From assembly GCA_964491455.1 (NCBI GenBank), contig CAZBFM010000001.1:345893-409892 (forward strand): a DNA stretch of 64,000 bases, given 5' to 3'. Under the pieces are notes generated by a model. The model was not told the origin of the DNA. It saw only the letters and a list, made by a program, of their open reading frames with translations, and did no database searches. The stretch's first letter is position 1. Each line of letters opens with the position of its first letter. This document shows positions 9,733 through 18,875 of this stretch, in pieces. The stretch comes from an uncultured Candidatus Saccharibacteria bacterium (GTDB taxonomy: Bacteria > Patescibacteriota > Minisyncoccia > 2-02-FULL-40-12 > GWA2-44-9). A program made the position numbers and the translations under genes.

Positions 9733-10817
9733 AGCGATAGTAATTGTTTGTCGCGCAACTCCTGCAGGAGGTGGCCCATCAGCTGCTTAGGATTGTACAG
9801 CTCGAGGAATTCCTGACGTGCTTGCGCTCCGAGTCGAATACGAAGCGCTTCGTCTTTCTTCACAAGCATAATCTTGTCGGCTAAATCTCTTCCATCAGCT
9901 GCATTGCAGAGTACCATGTTTACACCATCATTCGAAATCCTCTCGAGCGCATCCGAGCGACCCGTAATGATTGCCTTACCACATGCCATGTATTCATAGA
10001 CTTTATTGGGCGCACATCGATGGAACTTTCCTGTGCCCCCAAATGTGCCAAGACACACATCCGCTGCATTGATGTACCGTGGTAAGTCCTCGTAGGATAT
10101 GCGATCAATCCAGGTAATATTCGTAAGTCCAAACTCTCGAGCAGAGGATCTACACGAATCATACAACTGACCCTTGCCAATAATTTGAAATCGAATCGCA
10201 GGATCATCCTTGAGCAAATTGGCGGCATCTATGATATAGGATGGCCCCTGAAGCGGAATAAAGTTTCCATGAAAATGAACCAGAAAACCCGTATGCCCAT
10301 CGGGCGGCAGCGGCCTCAAAACCGTACCATCGGTTCCGATAAATACCGCGATAACATTCTCAATCGGCATGTGCATTTCTGTTGCTAAGAATCTGCGAGC
10401 AGCATGACTATCGACGATAGAAGCATCGGCAAGTTTCATCGCCGTGCGATCAATCCACTTGTACCATACAGCGTGCAGGCTCTCTGGCGTATACTTTTGC
10501 CGATCGAGAATATATCCCTCGTAGTGTGATGTCAGCATATCAATCACAATCGGGGTGCGGTGCACGAGACGGTGATATGTCAGAAGTAGTCGCACCAGAA
10601 ACATCGACTCTTGTGCAGGAAATGCCACTATAACAAGATCAAATCGCTCGCCAGCGACCGACCAGTATCTCGCAATCAGTCGAATAAATTTCATGAGTCC
10701 GCCCGTGACCCCTCCGTTGCACTGCACCACTTCGGCTCCATTCTCAATGAGGCCCTTCACAATCACTCGATTGCGACCGTACCCGGGATCATAATTTCCA
10801 ATGTAGAGTACTCTCAT
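9729..10817 (-). CDS. Family-4 glycosyltransferase
   Basis: GT-B C-terminal motif (VYEYMACGKAIITGRSD). Confidence 0.7.
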   Translation of the reverse strand: MRVLYIGNYDPGYGRNRVIVKGLIENGAEVVQCNGGVTGGLMKFIRLIARYWSVAGERFDLVIVAFPAQESMFLVRLLLTYHRLVHRTPIVIDMLTSHYEGYILDRQKYTPESLHAVWYKWIDRTAMKLADASIVDSHAARRFLATEMHMPIENVIAVFIGTDGTVLRPLPPDGHTGFLVHFHGNFIPLQGPSYIIDAANLLKDDPAIRFQIIGKGQLYDSCRSSAREFGLTNITWIDRISYEDLPRYINAADVCLGTFGGTGKFHRCAPNKVYEYMACGKAIITGRSDALERISNDGVNMVLCNAADGRDLADKIMLVKKDEALRIRLGAQARQEFLELYNPKQLMGHLLQELRDKQLLSL

Positions 10818-11461
10818 TTTTTTGCTGTAAAAATATAACCAAGCGCATACGTGCCACTAAACACCGGCTTCACCTTGAGGAGAAGTACGTCGAGGGAAAA
10901 AACCATCAACGCTACGATCCATCGCAGCATCTTCGGGGCGATAAACTCAATCTGCGACCACGCGGCAGTAAGCGGACCGCGACCAATAAAATCAACCTTC
11001 ACCCCATGAAATCCCGTGTCTTCCAAGAGTCGCCGAAGGCCCTGCTGCGTATATCGAAAGTAATCATACGGATCTGCGTGATACTTCACCAAAAAGGGAA
11101 CGTATCCTAAGAATACTCCCCCCGGACGCACTATACGAAACGATTCTCGCAACAGTTGTTGGTGATGATAAATGTGCTCCAAGAGGTTAACGCACAAAAT
11201 GACATCGTAGCTTGAGGATTCGATTGGTAATTCGTGCTCGAGATTAGCAATAATATCCGGGCGTCGATCGTGCGAGATATCTACCGATGTAATGCGGCTG
11301 CCTGTGCCAACATGCAGGTAGCTCAAATACGACGATCGCACACTCCCTGACCCAAGATCAAGAATCTCCCCATCAATAGTGAAATCGGACAATCGCTGAT
11401 TCATCAATATGCGATTGATCGTTTTGCCGCGGAGTGATTGTCGAATTGTATCCAGTACCAT
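10814..11461 (-). CDS. Class I SAM-dependent methyltransferase (type 11)
   Basis: ILDLGSGS motif and VILCVNLLEHI. The ATG at 11461 avoids a 34-nt overlap with the deacetylase. Confidence 0.7.
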   Translation of the reverse strand: MVLDTIRQSLRGKTINRILMNQRLSDFTIDGEILDLGSGSVRSSYLSYLHVGTGSRITSVDISHDRRPDIIANLEHELPIESSSYDVILCVNLLEHIYHHQQLLRESFRIVRPGGVFLGYVPFLVKYHADPYDYFRYTQQGLRRLLEDTGFHGVKVDFIGRGPLTAAWSQIEFIAPKMLRWIVALMVFSLDVLLLKVKPVFSGTYALGYIFTAKK

Positions 11462-11469
11462 ATGAGCCT

Positions 11470-12297
11470 CTATGACGTGCCGTGCACAATACGAGCATAC
11501 CACTCGCCCACTCCAATTGCATGCGCGTACAACTCAACGTCACTTGTGTGCTTGGTGATGCCAATGCGGCGAAGTTGCAGTGCATCGTCGTGGGGGCGAA
11601 CAAGTCCATGTCGAATCGTGAATGCCATCGTATATCCAGCACGCCGTACAGCCTCAATCACGCGGTGATTATATTTACCCCCCGGATACGCAAAAGAGAT
11701 AGGACGAACACCAAGCTCACGCTCACAGATCAGCGTTGATTGCGCGATGTCTTCCGCGAGCTCATCCTCCTGGAGCGTGCGAAGCACTGGATGGGAGTGT
11801 GAATGGCTCCCAATATCGACAGCACGTTGGACACCTCGAACGTCCTCCCATGTCATCAATTCGAGATTTGTACCAAGCTCAGCTCCACTTCGAGTCGTGT
11901 GCAAGAATATCACCGGACGAATTCCTCGCTCCTGTAACACGGGGAAGGCGTGCGTGATGCAATTTCGGTAGCCATCATCAAACGTTAGAAGCACACTACG
12001 CGGAGGCAATGGTAGCGACCCCGTGTGCACGCGCGCAAACTCGTCCAAGCTCAGGAACTGAAAACCCCACTTACTCAGCAGCTCAATCTGACGGGCGAAC
12101 GTCTGTTGCGACACCGAGAACTCCCATGGCGTATCTCCCACCGCGTGGTACATAAGGACTGCCACACCTGGACGCGCAAGATCTAGTCCTCGGGCCAGCG
12201 CATGCACTGGCAATAGGAGGCTCATAACGAGACGCTTGATCGTGCGCTGGAAGCTACTCATCGATGTACGTAATATAGCATTTTCATGAGTTTTCAC
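11470..12297 (-). CDS. Polysaccharide deacetylase (NodB homology, CE4)
   Basis: LTFDDGYRNCITHAFPVLQERGIRPVIFL and the histidine-rich catalytic region. Confidence 0.7.
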   Translation of the reverse strand: MKTHENAILRTSMSSFQRTIKRLVMSLLLPVHALARGLDLARPGVAVLMYHAVGDTPWEFSVSQQTFARQIELLSKWGFQFLSLDEFARVHTGSLPLPPRSVLLTFDDGYRNCITHAFPVLQERGIRPVIFLHTTRSGAELGTNLELMTWEDVRGVQRAVDIGSHSHSHPVLRTLQEDELAEDIAQSTLICERELGVRPISFAYPGGKYNHRVIEAVRRAGYTMAFTIRHGLVRPHDDALQLRRIGITKHTSDVELYAHAIGVGEWYARIVHGTS

Positions 12298-12301
12298 GAT
12301 A

Positions 12302-12988
12302 TTGACTACTATCAGGCAATTTGTTATAATATTAGACGGGTCTCAATCACGAGGCTTCAGAGTCCAAGGAGGGCTCATGACCGAGATAGCACCTAAAAAA
12401 TCAATACGTAAACACCGAAACCGCAATGCGCACATCGATGGACTGATGCGGTTGGCGAATCAGGCAAAGAACCAATCCGAATACGGGATTGCAAGGCAAA
12501 TTTTTGCGTTCCTCGTATATCGTTATTTCCGTGTGTTTGCCAATCACGGACTAATTTTGCTGGAATCATCGCGACCGCAAGCGATGTACATTCCGAGCAA
12601 GCTCAAAGAGTGGGTGCGAAGTGCCTATCCCGAAAGCAGCTGTACGAGATCTCCATATCTCGACTTCACGGAATACTCATCATTTCCGAAAGAAGTAAAG
12701 GAAGTCTGGGGACTTGTGTGTCGCTCCGGGGGAGCAAACCTCGTGACACTCCTCTCTCCCTGTAGCGACGAACGATTGTGCATCCCGACGCCGCGCCTCA
12801 AAGGTAACGCACGAGGGATTCTCTACGTCGTAGCTCAACAGGTGCCACGTCACACGAGCACTCGCGTAACGACTCCCGCCACACCTGAAACACAAGCATT
12901 ATTCCGCGACGCACTGAGGCGACGCACTTCCGAAAAGGACATGGCACGGGCCGTACGCCACATCCTCAAGCCGAAAGAAAAGAAGTAA
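12302..12988 (+). CDS. Hypothetical protein; the only plus-strand ORF inside the island; coding status uncertain
   Basis: A 228-aa ORF with no recognisable motifs. It fills an 800-nt gap between two minus-strand genes. Confidence 0.25.
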   Translation: MTTIRQFVIILDGSQSRGFRVQGGLMTEIAPKKSIRKHRNRNAHIDGLMRLANQAKNQSEYGIARQIFAFLVYRYFRVFANHGLILLESSRPQAMYIPSKLKEWVRSAYPESSCTRSPYLDFTEYSSFPKEVKEVWGLVCRSGGANLVTLLSPCSDERLCIPTPRLKGNARGILYVVAQQVPRHTSTRVTTPATPETQALFRDALRRRTSEKDMARAVRHILKPKEKK

Positions 12989-13048
12989 AAAAGACGTTCG
13001 TTTGTAAGCGCACAAGATTACGCCGTGCAATGGTATAGCGCAATCTTA

Positions 13049-13108
13049 TAAATACGATCCCCGCATTGATATGCATTCACAATAATGATGAATACGTACG
13101 CGGGGATT
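13049..13108. terminator. Long-loop hairpin (ATCCCCGC ... GCGGGGAT) directly downstream of the family-4 glycosyltransferase stop at 13116
   Basis: 8-bp GC-rich arms followed by a T-rich stretch on either strand. Confidence 0.3.
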
Positions 13109-13115
13109 TATGTTT

Positions 13116-14138
13116 CTATCGTGTCATATTCCTCGCAAGCGTGGCGATAAGTGAGTCGAGATTGTGATGCGAGACTACGTACTCACGAAGTCCTGGAGAT
13201 GTAGCACTCGCACGAGCGCGCAGAAGCGCATCTTTCAGACTAGCTGCATTATCGGCGTCAAACAGAAGTTCAGGTGGGAGAAACGCCCTTGCTGCATCAT
13301 TACAGCTAACCACATTCATACCACATGCCATCGCTTCGAGAATTGTCTTATCGAGACTTCCCGTTTTGCTCAAATGAACAAAGACTGCGTGCGATTGATA
13401 CACGGAAATGAGGCTTGCATGAGCAAACGTCCCGAGGAAATGAAATTGCGCCTCGCAACCCAGCGATCGAATCCTCGCAAGCAAATCATTCTTATACGTC
13501 AAATCTCCCGGGAGTACGGCACCGCCGATCACATCGATCGAAATCGTAGTCCCAGCCTGCCGAAGGGCGCCGACAGCATCAACAAGCACTTCAAGATTTT
13601 TTACTGGCGCGATCCTCCCTACCACGAGGAATGAACTTTCTTCTCGCGGTTGGTTTTTTGGAAAAAACACATTGGTATCAATTCCATGCCCAGTAACGAG
13701 AACCTTTCGCGATGTGAGCCTGAAGCTCTCCCGAGATGCGGTAAAAATACCATGCACGAATAGTGCCGCTACTCGCAATCGCACGGTAACCGCCTTGTGG
13801 GTATACCATAGGAATACGCGCTTCTGTAATAACCGCAGCCATGGGGCACCCACCGCCGCCCAGATGGGATTCATATGCACAAAAACAACGTCATACTCAG
13901 CTCGATGCGTCCATAGCAGTCGATAGAAACGCAGCAACTGGACCGCCTTGCTCGCCCCGCGCTGCTTGCCAAGATCGAGAATCGTCACGTTCATCGGCAA
14001 CTCATACGCACCGACGCTTTGGCATATCACAGTCACGCGCTCAAATCGCTCTGAAAACCGCTTCATCCACGCCATAAAGAAACCCAATAATTGATCGTTG
14101 GCGTCAACTCGCTGAGTGATAATAAGAAGCCTCTTCAT
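13116..14138 (-). CDS. Family-4 glycosyltransferase
   Basis: TILEAMACGMNVVSCND. Confidence 0.7.
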   Translation of the reverse strand: MKRLLIITQRVDANDQLLGFFMAWMKRFSERFERVTVICQSVGAYELPMNVTILDLGKQRGASKAVQLLRFYRLLWTHRAEYDVVFVHMNPIWAAVGAPWLRLLQKRVFLWYTHKAVTVRLRVAALFVHGIFTASRESFRLTSRKVLVTGHGIDTNVFFPKNQPREESSFLVVGRIAPVKNLEVLVDAVGALRQAGTTISIDVIGGAVLPGDLTYKNDLLARIRSLGCEAQFHFLGTFAHASLISVYQSHAVFVHLSKTGSLDKTILEAMACGMNVVSCNDAARAFLPPELLFDADNAASLKDALLRARASATSPGLREYVVSHHNLDSLIATLARNMTR

Positions 14139-15220
14139 TGTGTAAAACTCTTCAGGCTCGCGACGAGATTAGTAATCACAGCGGAACGTTCAAAGGCTCG
14201 TGCGGTCGCGACACCTTGCTCGCTCAAACGTCGGTAGAGCGTCGCGTCGTCAAGGATATTGCGCACCTTGTCAGCCAAGTCGGAAGCATTCCATTCCTCA
14301 ATGCACTCCGGTGGTAGCACGTCTTCCACAATGCCAACTGGCGTAGCCACTACAGGCGTGCCGCAAGCTAACGACTCCACTACGATACGCGGGCCACCCT
14401 CATTGAATGAAGGCATAAGAAGCACTCGCGATTCATTGAGATACCGAGCCACCTCAGTGCTATCAACGGCAAATCCAGGGAAGTGAATCTTTAACCCACG
14501 TCGTTTTGCACGGCGACGCGCCCACGAAAGCAACGGCCCATCACCCACAGCGACGCCCACGCATCCTAATCTTTCAATCACTTCTAGATATAAATTGATT
14601 CCTTTATTGGATGCCATGCGCCCCACAAAAGCAACATCGTAAAGCTTGGATGTATCGCGAAGAGCAAATACGTTGGTGTCGATGTACACCGCAGGAATCG
14701 TACTAATTTTCTGCAGTGGAACTCCCGCATGCTGCAGAAACGCAGGAACTTGTCGTTGATTCATAACCCGCACAGCACGCGCAGACGATGCGTCCCAAGA
14801 CACAACAAGCTTCGTTAGCCATCGATACATACGTTCCTTGAGTCCCGATGCTCGTGGTACACCCGGTATATGGAAAAGCTCCAACACATACGGCACCCCT
14901 GTTGCAGCGTGAAGCAGCCGAGCCCCTATTCCATTATAGAAGGGTGGGTACTCATGCACCGTCATGAGCTCATGCGTGAATCTACGTATCAATGCTCGCC
15001 CCTTCCACCAAATCCAAAAGGGCTGACAAAGAAGCGGCAACGGCGATGGGTGGACGTGTACGTTGCCAAATACAACCATGTTGTAACGTTGCATCGATAC
15101 ACGCGGACAGATAATATCGATGCGCTCAAAATGCGAATGAAGCTCCTCCAGCGTATTATAGAATGCACCCTTTTTACCGAATGCGAGCGCACGGTCTCCG
15201 CTAATCATCAGTAGCTTCAT
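14135..15220 (-). CDS. Family-4 glycosyltransferase
   Basis: IVVESLACGTPVVATPVGIVED. Confidence 0.7.
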   Translation of the reverse strand: MKLLMISGDRALAFGKKGAFYNTLEELHSHFERIDIICPRVSMQRYNMVVFGNVHVHPSPLPLLCQPFWIWWKGRALIRRFTHELMTVHEYPPFYNGIGARLLHAATGVPYVLELFHIPGVPRASGLKERMYRWLTKLVVSWDASSARAVRVMNQRQVPAFLQHAGVPLQKISTIPAVYIDTNVFALRDTSKLYDVAFVGRMASNKGINLYLEVIERLGCVGVAVGDGPLLSWARRRAKRRGLKIHFPGFAVDSTEVARYLNESRVLLMPSFNEGGPRIVVESLACGTPVVATPVGIVEDVLPPECIEEWNASDLADKVRNILDDATLYRRLSEQGVATARAFERSAVITNLVASLKSFTQ

Positions 15221-16383
15221 AATGAAAGATCGTCGAGTAATTGCTTCGTTTGTTGGTACATCTTCTCTATATTGAAGGCTTCAACCGTTTGTCGTCCTTG
15301 TGCAATGAATTGCTCTCGAAGATCGCTTTGCTTTGAGAGCGCCTTAATAGCCTCCACAAGATTGAATTCATCATTGTATCGGACCATCAAGCCATTTTCC
15401 CCTTGCGTTATGACTTCCGGATTACCTCCAGATGTCGTTGTAATAACGGGGGCGCCAACTTGCATTGCCTCGAGCACCTGATGCGAAAATCCTTCGTATC
15501 CCGTGTTGAGAACAAACATATCCGCTGCAGCAAGATAGATTGCCAGTTCCCGCGATGATTTACGACCCGCAAGCGTCACCTTTCGCTCCAAGCCAAGGTT
15601 TCGAATAACAGACTGCAGCATATCAAAATCCGGCCCATCACCCACGATAATAAGCCGAAAGAATTGATTCACCTGCAGTAACTGCGGCATGATTTTTATG
15701 AGCATGCGAAACCCCTTCCACGGAACAAGGCGACCCGCTGAAATAATGATGGTACCCGATATACCAATGCTGCGTCGCGCATCTTCCTTGGTGCCTTCAA
15801 ATCGCGGCAGATCAACACCGTTATAGATCACGTGAATATGCTTTGCCGGAGCACCCCATGAACGCACGATACCCGCAAGATATTCAGAGGGAACGATAAC
15901 GGCATGGGCTCGACACACCATAGATTTTTGAGCCTCATGGAGTCGCCGAATCCTCCCCTGCTTCGGCGATTTTTGAAACTCATTAATCATGAGATATGTT
16001 GCTGCGGTCTGCACGGCAATCTCCCATGCATAGTCCCCGGCAATGCGAACAACGTATGGCTTCCCAAAGAGCTTCGCTGCACGAGCCGCAGGAACACCGG
16101 CGGACACGGCATTCAGGGCGAGAACTACATCACATCGTCGCACCACCATACTACAGCGCAGAAAATACATGAAATGTCGAAGTCCCCACGGCCACCCTGA
16201 CCAAATACGATGAACGCGATACTTCAAGTGCTCATCGCCCGTGAATCTCCTTACACTCGAATATGCAATCACCTCTACCTGAACACCCTCGTTTGATAAT
16301 CGCGACGCAAGTGACGCAGCGTACGAAGCGGGACCTCCGATATCAGGAGCGAATATTCCTGTTGCGATACAGAGTGATTTCAT
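15217..16383 (-). CDS. Family-4 glycosyltransferase
   Basis: VLEAMQVGAPVITTTSGGNPEVI. The ATG at 16383 forms an ATGA overlap with the upstream stop. Confidence 0.75.
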   Translation of the reverse strand: MKSLCIATGIFAPDIGGPASYAASLASRLSNEGVQVEVIAYSSVRRFTGDEHLKYRVHRIWSGWPWGLRHFMYFLRCSMVVRRCDVVLALNAVSAGVPAARAAKLFGKPYVVRIAGDYAWEIAVQTAATYLMINEFQKSPKQGRIRRLHEAQKSMVCRAHAVIVPSEYLAGIVRSWGAPAKHIHVIYNGVDLPRFEGTKEDARRSIGISGTIIISAGRLVPWKGFRMLIKIMPQLLQVNQFFRLIIVGDGPDFDMLQSVIRNLGLERKVTLAGRKSSRELAIYLAAADMFVLNTGYEGFSHQVLEAMQVGAPVITTTSGGNPEVITQGENGLMVRYNDEFNLVEAIKALSKQSDLREQFIAQGRQTVEAFNIEKMYQQTKQLLDDLSL

Positions 16384-17501
16384 ACCAATGAGGCGTAGAG
16401 CTTTGACATACGCCACGCTATAGATGACCAGTCATATTTTTTCACAAACACATCAGCGCGCGCAACAATTTCAGTGCGAAGCTGCTCACTCTCCAAGAAC
16501 CTCATGATCGCTCGCGCAATATCATGAGGATTACGCGGATCGCACAAAAGCCCCGTAACGCCTTCTTCGACAATATCGGGGATACCACCCACCGGAGAAG
16601 CAATAACGGGTGTGCGCGCCGCCATCGCCTCAAGAAATGCAGATCCTAATCCCTCACTCAACGATGGACGGACAAATATACCCGCAGAGCACAGCACTTC
16701 ACCCAGCTGCGAATGCGGGACAAATCCGCGGAATTCCACGATGCCGGCGATTCCAAGATCTGAAGCAAGCCCCACCAGAGTCACCATCATTGGTCCGTCA
16801 CCCGCCACGAGTAAGCGCGCCTCGGGAAATCGCTCCCGCACATACACCATAGCTCGCAAAATGCCTTCGACATTATTTTTCTCTACCAATCGAGAAACGG
16901 TAACAACACGATGCGTATCTCGCGCAATTTCAGGGTGGTGCATCGCGCCTACATCCACACCGTTTGGAATCACCACTACGGGTGCATGAGAAACGCTCCG
17001 AGCGTAGTCGGCAAGATAGTTACTAATCGCCGTGATCACACGAGCTCTCCGCAAGATAAGCGAGCGTATGACTTGCGTGAGCCACGGTTGTTGCTTCAGA
17101 ATCTTGCCCTCTTGTAGGGTAATAATAAGAGGGATGCCCGGGCACAATGCATTTACAATCACTGCCGCAACGGCAGCCTGCGACGCCTGGTACGCATGCA
17201 ATACGCTGTAGCGATATTTCCGCGTCAAACGATACGCAGTAATCGCCATCGCAAGAGGCATGAACAATTTGGGCACTAAGAGTGACAGCCGAGACCACCT
17301 CCCGCCGGCACGAAAGACACGCACCCTATTAATATACTCCATGGTTGCATCGGAGCTATCGAGCCTTCCAGTCACCAGATCAATATCGTAGTCAGGCAGA
17401 TATCGCGCGATATGATATAGCGCCAACTCACTCCCTCCAATGTGCGGAAGGTATGCTGTCGAAAATAAGAGAATACGAGGACGCATAGAGCTCTGTATCA
17501 A
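16380..17501 (-). CDS. Family-4 glycosyltransferase
   Basis: FLEAMAARTPVIASPVGGIPDIV. Confidence 0.75.
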   Translation of the reverse strand: MIQSSMRPRILLFSTAYLPHIGGSELALYHIARYLPDYDIDLVTGRLDSSDATMEYINRVRVFRAGGRWSRLSLLVPKLFMPLAMAITAYRLTRKYRYSVLHAYQASQAAVAAVIVNALCPGIPLIITLQEGKILKQQPWLTQVIRSLILRRARVITAISNYLADYARSVSHAPVVVIPNGVDVGAMHHPEIARDTHRVVTVSRLVEKNNVEGILRAMVYVRERFPEARLLVAGDGPMMVTLVGLASDLGIAGIVEFRGFVPHSQLGEVLCSAGIFVRPSLSEGLGSAFLEAMAARTPVIASPVGGIPDIVEEGVTGLLCDPRNPHDIARAIMRFLESEQLRTEIVARADVFVKKYDWSSIAWRMSKLYASLV

Positions 17502-17544
17502 TTGGAATGTTGTGGTATTCTAACATCACTGAGCGTACTCCGCT

Positions 17545-18717
17545 ATGTCTTCAGAAGCAACCGCAATCCATCCAAAACGTAGAATCTTCTGCGTCATCAC
17601 GCAAGGCGAAGAAGGCGGTGCCCAACGATTTCTAGCGCAACTGGCGCAACATCTTAATCCAGCAGCATACACCATGCATGTAGTCTGGGGTCGCAACACA
17701 GGAAACGACTTAGCTCGACTCCTTCCTTCATCGGTCACGCATGCAGTGGCTCGTCATCTTGTTCGCTCGATCTCCCCCCTCCACGACGCGCTCGCCGTGA
17801 GTGAACTGCGTACGATGATGCGCGCGTTTCAACCAGATGTTGTTCTCTGTTTATCAAGCAAAGCTGGCTTTGTTGGCTCTCGTGCGGCACATGGACTGCG
17901 CAAACAACACGCTCAACTCAAGGTTCTATACCGCATTGGCGGATGGTCATTTAATGACCCCGTCCCCGCATGGAAAAAGAAACTTTACATTGCCATGGAA
18001 AAACTCTCGGCATCTTGGAAGGATGTCATCATCGTCAACAACACCCACGATCTGGAACAGGCAATTCACCTTGGAATCAACCCAAGGGAACAACGTGTAT
18101 GCGTCTATAATGGCATCGATGCCGAATTGCCATTTCTCTCTCGGGATACAGCTCGGGCAGCTCTTCAAAAGCACACACCTCAAGACTTCCTATCTCTTTC
18201 CTCACATCTTATCGGCACCATTGCCAACTTATACGCGACAAAAGGCATTGCTACGCTCATCCAAGCAGCTGCATCGACTCCTGAAAACACACGATATGTT
18301 GTCATCGGCGATGGTCCCCTTCATCAAGAACTTCAGCATATGATCGCGACCCTCAACATACAGCATCGATTCCTTCTTCTCGGTCGCCTCCCAGACGCCT
18401 GGAAGTATCTTCGGGCCTTCGATCTATTCGTCCTACCATCTCTGAAAGAAGGCTTCCCCTGGGCCCTATTAGAGGCCATGGCGGCCAAAGTACCAGCGAT
18501 AGCAACTCGCGTCGGTGCTGTGCCTGAAATGATTGAGGACGGCGTCAGCGGCATCATCTGCGAGCCGGGAGACGAGCAACAGATCAGTAAGGCTATTGCT
18601 CGACTTACGCACGAGAGTGATTTAAGAACGAATATCGCTGTTGACGCGCATCAAACCGTTCTTAGTAAGTTCACCCTACGCGAGATGATCGCGCAGTACG
18701 AGAGAATCCTCGGATAA
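17545..18717 (+). CDS. Family-4 glycosyltransferase
   Basis: LLEAMAAKVPAIATRVGAVPEMI. Divergent from the minus-strand block. Confidence 0.75.
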   Translation: MSSEATAIHPKRRIFCVITQGEEGGAQRFLAQLAQHLNPAAYTMHVVWGRNTGNDLARLLPSSVTHAVARHLVRSISPLHDALAVSELRTMMRAFQPDVVLCLSSKAGFVGSRAAHGLRKQHAQLKVLYRIGGWSFNDPVPAWKKKLYIAMEKLSASWKDVIIVNNTHDLEQAIHLGINPREQRVCVYNGIDAELPFLSRDTARAALQKHTPQDFLSLSSHLIGTIANLYATKGIATLIQAAASTPENTRYVVIGDGPLHQELQHMIATLNIQHRFLLLGRLPDAWKYLRAFDLFVLPSLKEGFPWALLEAMAAKVPAIATRVGAVPEMIEDGVSGIICEPGDEQQISKAIARLTHESDLRTNIAVDAHQTVLSKFTLREMIAQYERILG

Positions 18718-18728
18718 AGACCAAAGAC

Positions 18729-18760
18729 GTAGCAAAAGAAGCGATGCCTAACCAGCATCG
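18729..18760 (+). terminator. Intrinsic terminator after the plus-strand family-4 glycosyltransferase
   Basis: GAAGCGATGC-ctaacca-GCATCGCTTC followed by TTTTC. Confidence 0.5.
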
Positions 18761-18814
18761 CTTCTTTTCACTTTAGAATGGGCGCCTCAAATTCGATTAC
18801 CCGAGAATCTAGCC

Positions 18815-18847
18815 AAACCAAAACCCCCCTTTCGGGGGGTTTGGTTT
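18815..18847 (-). terminator. Intrinsic terminator after the large surface protein gene
   Basis: AAACCAAACCCCCCGAAAGGGGGGTTTTGGTTT hairpin on the minus strand just past the stop at 18876. Confidence 0.5.
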
Positions 18848-18875
18848 ATCATCAACTCCTTCCGACACCTAACGG

